A stretch of 64,000 nucleotides of DNA, taken from the NCBI GenBank assembly GCA_000165425.1, contig CT868074.1, positions 248,001 to 312,000 of the forward strand. The letters are read 5' to 3'. This DNA comes from Paramecium tetraurelia (lineage: Eukaryota). Below, in pieces: positions 54,712 to 64,000 of this stretch (position 1 is its first letter; the number at the start of each line of letters is the position of its first letter). A program made the translations under genes and the position numbers. Below the pieces are notes generated by a model that was given only the letters and a program-made list of their open reading frames with translations, was not told the DNA's origin and did not search any database.

Positions 54712-57304
54712 TCATCCTTAATTCTCATCTTCTTCTTCAGAGTAATAAACTTCCATGCATACAGAGTTTTCTAAATATTAAATGATATACACTACTTTTA
54801 AATTTTGATGAATTTTTTGAGAGGCTTGGAGGCATTTCAAGATCATCTAGATCTTCTTCATTCACAATTTTATTGTCCTCTAAAATTGTTAATGTTAAAT
54901 GTTTAGATACAAAATAAAAATATTAAAGATAATCTTATAGGACCTAATTTTAATATACATGTAAACAATACTCTTGGAATCTCTCGATCATTATTTAATA
55001 TTTCAATATCTTGGTTTTTTTAACCCACTTAAACCCAACTTCTGTCAAAATTTTTTGTATAATCAATGAAAATTTGATAAAGTTTAGTAAATTCTGGATC
55101 ATTTAACAGGAATTACTTGGCAGATTTGATTATTTCTTCTGGAACTTCTGTTGAATCAGAGTTTACTATAATAATATAAACTAATTTTACATTTATTATT
55201 TGAATATGTTCTTGGAAATTTTTACTGCCTGTTCTATTCAAATTAAAATTGAGATTGTTATTAATCTTCCTAGTCATTAGTTCCCACTAATTATTCCAGA
55301 TTTTTTTAAGAAAGAGCAACTTTAATAATCTCTAACAAGGGTTCCTATTGATTTTAATTTTTTTTATTAATCAAAAGTTCATCTAAATCAAAATTACTAT
55401 TCTCTAAGGCAAAATTAAGAAATCTTTAAGCATCGTTTAAAGTAGCATCCCCTTATGTATCCAAATATTCATTATTGTTTGATGACGTAACCGAAGTTCT
55501 TTCTTGTTTTGGAGTTTTTGTATTATAGGCTAAAGCAATCATATCCTTATGAATTTAAATAAATTTCTAAAGATATGAATGTTCTAAATAATAAAATAAG
55601 TATGTGAAGATGTGTTCGCGTTACAGATTGTCAATTTTAAATATAAGAGGTTCTGGTAAGAATTGAGAAATAAACCTAAATAATATAATAACTCGATTTT
55701 ACTCCTTATCAAATTTCATAAACTCTATAAAAGAAGCTACATTTGAACCAAAAACCTATTTAGTTTCATCATAGTACAAACTTGTTTCATGTTGAACTCT
55801 CTCACTTAACAAATCATAGAACTCTTCATAACAACAATCCACATGTCCAATCCAATGAACAGACACCTAATATTTAATAATAAGAATACTTCATTGATTG
55901 AAAGATCCTATATAGATTTATTAAAATTTCTCATTAACTCCACTATTTCTGTATAATATTTATGACTATATTCAATTTAAAATTAATCCTTTATACTATT
56001 TTTTTATTTTAGTAAGAAATTATCATAAATCTCATAAGTAATTTAAAATGAAGGAGTAAAACCCAAGTTATTATTAACACCCTGATCAAATTCCTTGAGA
56101 AACTTAGCTTATCTTTCTGCCTACAAAGTTTTGATGAAGCATTCTATAAGCAGTTATTAAAATTAATCATTCCTAATTATCTTGAGTTAAAAAAATTAAT
56201 ACATGTTTGATCCACAATTTGCACATTATTCTCCAAACTGAGAAACGAGGATATTGAGGATATTAAGGAAAGACTTTCTAATGTATTTCATTGACAATAT
56301 TTTCGAAGGGATATATTACTCCATTTAATTCTACCATAGAATTACTATATGCTTCCCAATACATATTGTATTCACTTAATAAATCAATACTATTTGTTGA
56401 ATTTGTAGTTATGAATGTAGAAAAGTACATTGACAAACCTTGTAGATAACATTCAATAGAACTATACAATTATTCAAAGAGATTCATTATACAAAATTCA
56501 TCAGTAAATGCTTCTTCTTCTTCTTACTCCTCTATCTGAATGCTTTATGATTCGACCTAAGAATGAGGAAATTATTGTAATCCAGAGGATTCATCCTATA
56601 AATTCCATCTATATATTAAAAATTTTGATTTAAATGCTTCACTATTCTCTAATTTTTCGCACATTTAATTTATTACAAATTGCTTATTTTGTTTTAAATT
56701 ATTCATTAGCTTTAATTTAAATCATGTTTTAAATACCTCATTTGATATCAATTAAAAGTCGAACAATCTATCGAACCCTTTTTATTCTAATTCCAAACGT
56801 TGAGCAAGCATAATTTAGAATTCTGATTCACAATATAAACCTATGGTTTCTCTTTTTAAAATAGGTTTCGGAAACACTGATTCACAAAGAGAAAATGGAA
56901 TTTTTATTGTTTTTCTACCATTCATATTTACTAATTTTACTTCAATTATTTCATCCTTTTATATTGAATTTACCAATCTAAAGGGTTAATATCGAAATTT
57001 GCCAAACGAGTCTGATCTCTTTAAGTTATATCTGGATAATTAAATTCAAGTGTTATTTCAAGTTAATCATTTAGAAATTATTTATAGTATTTCTCGGCAA
57101 AGAATTAATAATGTTTCTGTCTATATAGAAATAATTTGAAACTTAGACATATTCATTTAAAATGCGGCAGGTGGCTCCTAATATTAATACATCTTCTAAA
57201 CTCAAAAACCATGAAGTTCTTTTAAATATTTCATAATTATAGAGATTATTTGTAGATATTTCTTAACTAGTTTCAATTTGAAATTTTAATGCCTTTAGAT
57301 CCAT
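54712..57304 (-). CDS. Cullin N-terminal-repeat-like protein without a recognisable cullin C-terminus
   Basis: LLSEYNMYWEAYSNSMVELNGVIYPFENIV..WRIMCKLWIKH and YEEFYDLLSERVQHETSLYY..VASFIEFMK resemble cullin repeat 1. Multi-intron; 5' exon structure uncertain. Confidence 0.55.
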
Positions 57305-57497
57305 ATATATATATATATTATATATTTATGTAATTATTAATCAACGATAATTTTTTTAATAGACATTTAGAAATCCGAATCTGATACATACTGCTAATGC
57401 AAGAATTATAATTTAAAAATTTTGATGCCTGAGATCTTCAATTTAGACATTAATTTGTGAAATAATTTTTATTAGTTTTCAATATGACTTATATTTT

Positions 57498-57767
57498 TCA
57501 CTTTTTATTTCTATAACAAATTTTCTCAGTCAATTAGGATGTAATCACATGGACAGTATCGCAATCAGATATTCCTTTCTATATCAAGTAATCATTGTCA
57601 TCCAAAAGCGACGTTTCAAACCCGATATATAATCTATCTGAAGTTAAATTAATAATGTCGGAAAGTTGTTGTTTTAATTGAAACACAGTTCTTGTTTCTT
57701 GTTTTAGGTCCACTTCTACAGTCATTCCTGTAACAAATCGGCAATAAAGTTTTTTTATTTCATTCAT
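57498..57767 (-). CDS. Small ubiquitin-like domain protein
   Basis: LYCRFVTGMTVEVDL..TVFQLKQQLSDIINLTSDRLYIGFETSLLDDNDYLIQKGISDCDTVHVI fits a beta-grasp pattern; no terminal GG. 3' end uncertain. Confidence 0.55.
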
Positions 57768-58796
57768 TTTATGTTATTATTTTTAATAATATTTTTATAT
57801 TCTATCACTTGTCCTTTTATATCTTCTGTCAATGCTATTTCTATTTCGTCATTGTAGTCTAAGAGTTTTTTTTTGCATAATTGCAAACTCTCCTTTATGG
57901 ATTGCATTTATTATTGCATGCTAAGATCATCTTTTTTAATTTCATCTTTATTATCTAAGTGAGCCAAAGTAACAGTTTTAAAGAAGTTGTGAATTCTAGA
58001 TTTAGTTTACTAAGTTTAAGGTCTATTTCGAAAAGATTAGACACTGTAAACTAGTTAAGGTCTTTCAGATAGACATTCTAGAAGATAGTCATCTTAATAA
58101 TCGAAGGCTTTTCTCGATGCAGCCGAAGCAGAAGTAGTGCATCTTTGAATTTCCAATTCTTACGACTATTTTTCAGCATCTCTCATTTATTTTTGGATAA
58201 CTTCCAATTATCTTTTATTTAATTCAGGAGAGTCCTTAATTCTTGCCACTTTTAAGGCTCTGTTGCAGAGCTTCTCAATTTCAAGTTCCCTCTTTGCTTA
58301 AATACTTAATAAGCCCAATCTTCTTAAAATTTCCTTATTCATCATTTATTATTTAGTGCTTCTTTTAAGCGAAGCAGGTAATTCCTTTGGTCTTTCGCTA
58401 GGTTGAAAATGGGTAGTAGTGACTTCCGTAAAAAAAACAGGCTATTTAATGGCCTTCATCTTCCTTATAGAAGGTCTTTAAGGTATTTCTTCTGTGGTTA
58501 TCATTGGTTCTACAAGAGTCCCTACTTTGCTGACTTTTAAACCTTGATTGTCTAGACAAAAGTCGATTAGATTAGACTCGGCTTCTTAACTAAAAAGCTG
58601 TTATTTAGGAAATTATGAATGGGCATATCTTGGTTTAGCTAATTCCTATTCTTCCTTTTGGTGTCCAAAATATTTGACAACTAAGGAGTGATTTAGAAGT
58701 CGAAATACCTTTATATTTTAGATCTTCCTTTATATTACCCATAACAATACGAATGTTGCGCTGAGCTCTGGATTCTGGTTTGTCTTATTTGTTCAT
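57764..58796 (-). CDS. Basic hypothetical protein
   Basis: MNKQDKPESRAQRNI, two early introns, then an uninterrupted frame to ...IIKNNNIK* (TGA 57764-57766). Confidence 0.72.
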
Positions 58797-58933
58797 CGTA
58801 ATTATCTTCTTTATTTAGTAATGCTAAAAATTAATATTAAATCACCCGAATATATATAAAATTTATTCAAATAGTTATGTAAATTCAGGGGTTATTAGTA
58901 TATAAAATATTAATAAATTTTATTAAATTTCCA

Positions 58934-59479
58934 ATGAATTACTCACAAAGAGTGCAAATGAAAAAACCAATTGTAAGTATTACAATGAATAGTTTGATGA
59001 TTACTACCCTCAGTCAAATAATTATATGCCATAGCTATCCAAATCAGTGAGTCCAATAACCAATACTTAGACAAATTTTCATTCAAGTTCATTGCAATAC
59101 TCTACTTACAATTCATTGTACGTATTAATAGTGAGCATCTAGAACCTAGAGCAGATAAAAGGAGAGAATATTTTAATAAAAAAAAATCCCTGTCAACATT
59201 CAAAAAAACTCATTGTTTGACCTTAAATCATCAAAGTTGTCAAATTCAAATCTGCATTCCACAATCGGAGTCTCAGAATTCGATAAACCATTACACTTTT
59301 AAACAGATCAATTAATCTAAAGACCTGTTGCAATAGAATCCAAACCTAAAATATAGGAATAAAATAATGTTTAGAATTTTGCTCCAATTTTAGAAGAAAA
59401 GAATGACAGATTCATTAAAATAGGAGTAGTCATCATAATAGTGTTATTATTATTAATAGGCGTTCTCAAATTCAAGTGA
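58934..59479 (+). CDS. Small tail-anchored membrane protein
   Basis: Low-complexity S/N/Q body and a C-terminal TM IGVVIIIVLLLLIGVLKFK*. Confidence 0.65.
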
Positions 59480-59527
59480 TTTTATATATTTATATAAAAA
59501 AATAAAAATATCAATTAATCCGTTAAA

Positions 59528-60662
59528 ATGACTGATCTAGACTAATCAATAGAAGCAAGAATAGATAAATTTGAATGTATTCATTCTCATCATATTTAAT
59601 AGCCGATTTAAATAGAGTGAGTTTATAATAGGATGCTCTTCTCCCATTATTGTAGATGATTGAATACATCCCATCAATTCAAAGAACCGAAGCCAATGTC
59701 AAATAAGTTTAGAAAAAAGAAGAAGTTAATGAATAGAAATAAGGAAGACTCGTATCTTATTAATTAAAATTATATAGGAAAGATGTGCTGAAAGAAAATT
59801 AAGAGAAATAGAATCAATGCCCCAAAAACCCTAATTAGAAGTTTAATAGGTAGATTAGAGAATCAAGGATTTGGAATCTTCGATTAATTGTTTATACAGG
59901 TAAAATTAAATTGTAAATGTAGGTGGTATGAAGCAAAGTTAAGAGAAGGATCTTAATAAATAGTTCGTAGCATTGATGATAGATTGGGAACTGATCCAAA
60001 TGCAGAATTTAATGACTAATTGTTAATTGTAGTCAATTAAACTATCAAAAATGCACTTGATAAAATGGGTGAAGATTTTAGGGGACAACTTTGTGAAATT
60101 AGATAAATGCTATGATTTTATATATATTAACTGTTAAATAATATTAATAATGCAAGAATTAAGCAATGCAATAATTGAGTTTTTCGACTTAGTAATTGAG
60201 AAATATATAACTAATTTTGCAAATCCTAAGAGAGAATGGAATTATTTCAAATCTCTATTGTCATCATCTAGCATTGATTTAAATAGAATACAAAGTTACC
60301 TCAAAGTATTAAAAAATAGTGCTGATCAATAAAAGCCAACCTTACGTATAGATCCGATTAAGATGGAGAATTATATGACTTATGTTTCACCTCTAAGAGA
60401 TCATAATAGACCTTTTGAATAATAATTTAATCATAAATTTGAAAATGTTTAACTTAACCAATATCTCAGTCAACCCAGATTAGAAAACAATCCCGTTGAT
60501 TCATGTGTTCTCTTTAAGAAAATAACTTCGAAGATTGTTAATTTGATGGATTCCAATAATATATAATTAGCATTAACAAAGGAACTACAAATACAAAGAC
60601 CAATAGAACGTAAATTAACAGATATTGAAAGGTATAAATATATTCAGCAATAATCATATTGA
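59528..60662 (+). CDS. Hypothetical protein
   Basis: MTDLDQSIEARIDKFE, three tiny introns, a helical region (MQELSNAIIEFFDLVIEKY), ends YKYIQQQSY*. Confidence 0.7.
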
Positions 60663-60699
60663 ATGCAAGTTATTCATATTCATTTCAATTAAATACAAA

Positions 60700-61690
60700 T
60701 CAAATACTCTTATTAATTATTTCAAACAACAAAGCAGATCTGGAACGAGGGTTTTCTTTTATTTCATCTTCTGAAGGTTTGATAGTTTTCATGGAAAATT
60801 ACTTTTTAAATTTCATGATAAATTTTTGGACAGATTCAGCTTCTAATGAATGGAAAGTGATTATTAAAATTAATTATTTATCAACTATTTGTTAGCTCTA
60901 TACTTTTTCTAGAAATAAATTAAGATTATTAATTTCTTGATTGACAGCTATTCTTAATGCTTGAAAAGTCTTCATAATCTAATCGCCCATAGATAATTCA
61001 TTCAAAATATCAACAACTTGATTAGCCCTTTCAAATTTTTCTTTCTTTTTTATTGATATAATTTTACTTATCTATTATCAATAATAATCTTGGCCAATTG
61101 ATTCGCCTTGTGTATATTACCATAATGATAAAAGATTTCTCTTAACTCTTATTGTGATCGATTATTAAGTAGATCAGCAGCAGTATGTTAAATGGATTGT
61201 GAATATCGCATGTCAAGTAGAGAATTCTTTTTGTAACTAAGACCATATGATTCATCGTAAACCTAATTTCTGCCATATAAATTCAAGTATCTTACATGTT
61301 ATAGCCAAGATCAGCAAAAATTATATCAAAATTTTTGGTATCACTCAATGTTTTGTGCTTATAAAAATTAATAAAATTATCCTATTTAGCAGTGATATTC
61401 TGTGGTAAATTTTTTATCATCCTTTCATCAATGTCCAATCCTAATCTAGATATGATTATTTCTTACATTTTTAGATTTTTAACATGTTCTAATAAAATCT
61501 GACTATGTGCCCCTGTCCCTATTGTGCAATCCACCATATCGATATTATTTTTAAGCGTCTTTTTTTAAAAAGCCAAAACCCTTTCTAATATTTCCTTGTG
61601 CATAACTGGGTAATGTTTCTTTAGTATTGGATTGTCTTCTTAAAGAATATCAAGGCTCTTTAAAAACTTAAGCCTGCTAAATTTAAACAT
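60700..61690 (-). CDS. rsmH: rRNA m4C methyltransferase RsmH/MraW (METTL15-like, probably mitochondrial)
   Basis: HYPVMHKE, DCTIGTGAHS, FADLGY, LDMRY, FQALRIAVNQEINNL, ITFHSLE, PSEDEIKENPRSRSA; basic presequence-like N-terminus MFKFSRLKFLK. Confidence 0.93.
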
Positions 61691-61709
61691 ATTATTATAT
61701 TTAATAAAG

Positions 61710-62581
61710 ATGGATGACAAATCAAGAATAACTCCTTAATTTTAAGATACACCAGATGAACAATCTCAAGAAATCTTATCGTAACTGTAGAACGACGGCC
61801 TGAATCCAGATGTCTTTGAATAAATAAAAAATGATCCTCTCTTTTAACAACTCAATAACTCTCTCCAGGGACTTCCCTCTACAGATTAAGAAATATAAAA
61901 GTTGAACGACGAAGAAAGATTGACTTTTGAGATGTGCATCAAGAAATCAATCTAAAACCACAAAAGGGTGGAAGAGAAACAAAAATTCATTTTCAAGAAG
62001 GGCTTCAAGTTTGTCGAGCACAGGTTCTATTAAAATTAAATGAAGACACACAAAAAAATGAAGTAAAATCAGTAATAAATTGATTTCTATGAGATCCATT
62101 TCAAAGAGCTCTCTTTGAAAATGAATAAGCATTTAACCTATTTTATCCATCCTCAAAAGTAAGTTTCAATTATTAATAGAGAAAAATGTAAATAGGGAAG
62201 TTGAATTATTAATCTGGTTTTAAATCATTCAACTAACCTTATATCAGAACTTTATTGAAATCTAAATCATTTCGCTAAGAGATCAAAGACTACATTCTCA
62301 ATCATTTCATCTAAGAAGTTCAAGAAGAAATGGGTTTAAAGTTACAAAAATTTATAAAATATTGTTCTAGAATGTATGAAGAGGCTCTAAGAGAATTTTA
62401 TATGTATAGCGCTAAAAACGATGATGAAGAATATTTTAGAAATTATATAAGATTGAAAATGGAGTAGTCAATAGTCAAAAATTCCAAATGCAAAATCCCA
62501 TGGTCATTTTAAGAAGTAATTGATGCCTAAAAATTTGCCCTAAATTTGATTGAGTAGGAAATGGATGTGGAAAATGAATGA
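61710..62581 (+). CDS. Hypothetical protein with a basic helical domain
   Basis: KRVEEKQKFIFKKGFK..FYEIHFKELS..FIHP, SFNQPYIRTLLKSKSF, KCKIPWS; one intron. Confidence 0.75.
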
Positions 62582-62773
62582 AATATATAATCGATATAAT
62601 TTATATTATGATCTTTAATAAAACAAAAGGGCACTCTGAATTTAAATTGATTGATCTTTATTATATTATAAATAAAAATTCTATTACCTTAATGATAATA
62701 CGAATTGATTTTTTACAACAAATTGAATATAGTTAATAAATTTTAAATGATTTAGAGTTACATATATGATTGA

Positions 62774-63921
62774 TCAAACTTCTAAAAGTGCTTCTAATTA
62801 TTATTCGTAAACTGCTTGTTATTATTATTGTTATTATTGTTATTATTGTTACTATTGTTACTATTGTTATTATTATTACTATTATTATTGTTATTACTAT
62901 TATTAATTATTTTCAAATAGTTCTCCATTCAATTAAAGAGGAAGAAATTGATTTTGATTTTATTATGGAATTTATTAGGTTTACATTTATTCCATATTAG
63001 GTTAAATCACTGTAAATGATGATTATTCCAATTAGTATTTTTTAATCTGTTCTAAAATAGTCTCTTTTGGGATGAGTTCACCTAAAAATGGATAAAGAAT
63101 AATATTTTAAGGTTCATTGAGATTTTTATTTTCGTTATTCTATTAATTTATTTGCTTATAATCCTCTTCAGACATCATAAATCTTTTTTTGGATTCCATT
63201 AACTTTGTTTTCATCACTTATGTAGATGGGAATAATTCAGATTAAGTGTCTTATCCTTAAAATTCTTATGAAATTCTTCTGACTTCGTAATCAAAATCAT
63301 CAGGTCCATTTGAAGAAGATGATGAGCTGCCAACACCATTAAAATTATTCAATCTTATTTATTATAATGTGGGTACTTTAATGGTTTTTCTAGTGGAATG
63401 AAAACTTCGCAATCATTTCTATGTTTCTCAATCCACAATATTCTTTCTTTAATTGGTCCTTCCATAATCTCCTTTGGCACAACAAACACAACAGGAATAT
63501 CATCTATGCTGGTGTCTTCAGGTATGTTTTGCTCTAATTGCTATTGCTACTCAATTTGAGGTTGTTATTCTTCAGGAGAATTATGAAATGTAGAGTGTAA
63601 TTTATTGAGCAATTCCTTAGCTCCCCATTTAAAAAATGATGGGATTTACAAGACGGCGTTCTTTGTGTTCTAGAGTATTTTTATGAAATTAAACTTCAAC
63701 TGCTGTCTAGCCTACTTGTTGAAGTGGCTTGACAATGCATTTTTGTAAGACACTTGGTCCTTCTACATTCAATTTTTAAACGACAAGAAAATTATAATTC
63801 TTAGATTGAGGTGCTTCATTCTATTGGTGAAAATGTTCCAATGGTCTACTCGTTGAAATATCTAAAATAAAATATTTATTCTCGTACCTTCATCAAATTT
63901 ATCAAATCCATCCTTATTCAT
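62774..63921 (-). CDS. Hypothetical protein with C-terminal poly-Gln
   Basis: MNKDGFDKFDE, two introns, PVVFVVPKEIMEGPIKERILWIEKHRND, a Q30 tract, ends ALLEV*. Confidence 0.72.
62816..62905 (-). repeat. Poly-Gln coding triplet repeat (TAA/TAG/CAA)30
   Basis: 30 consecutive TAA/TAG/CAA codons in frame. Confidence 0.9.
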
Positions 63922-64000
63922 TTAATTTTTAATATATTAATGGGAGCTTAATGCTGTAATAATTACTAATACCCAGAAGATATGGAACCGTGTGAAGATG

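Noticed and set aside
57303..57327. (TA)n run just upstream of a start codon
   Set aside because: Short microsatellite, unremarkable in this base composition.
62770..63000. ORF-track hydrophobic Ile/Val-rich + strand ORF
   Set aside because: It is the antisense reading of the poly-Gln repeat of the minus-strand gene.
1..64000. CRISPR arrays, tRNA/rRNA genes, telomeric repeats, prokaryotic operons or defence systems
   Set aside because: None seen; the sequence is intron-containing eukaryotic DNA.
63982..64000. Possible start of another gene (MEPCED...)
   Set aside because: Truncated by the window edge; too short to support.

Overview
AT-rich eukaryotic DNA that reads as ciliate macronuclear sequence, most likely Paramecium (aurelia group). 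TAA/TAG encode Gln and TGA is the only stop (translation table 6). Genes are densely packed on both strands and broken by tiny (~20-30 nt) GT..AG introns. The supplied ORF track treats TAA/TAG as stops, so it shows only fragments and many antisense artefacts; all genes here were re-translated by eye. About 33 genes are supported, including RPS7, a divergent profilin, a membrane thioredoxin, SPEF2, a large USP deubiquitinase, two kinases, TRM112, centrin, CRAL-TRIO, V-ATPase subunit a, ornithine decarboxylase, two CBM20 genes, a CNBD K+ channel and RsmH/METTL15. There is also a WD40 pseudogene and an 11-N assembly gap. Most interesting: an apparently catalytically dead RNase III+dsRBD protein; an ODC gene with overlapping uORFs and an N-terminal zinc ribbon; two bacterial-style ATGA stop/start overlaps; a cullin N-terminal-only protein; and two single-base frameshifts. 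Exon boundaries and family calls are manual and were not checked against any database.
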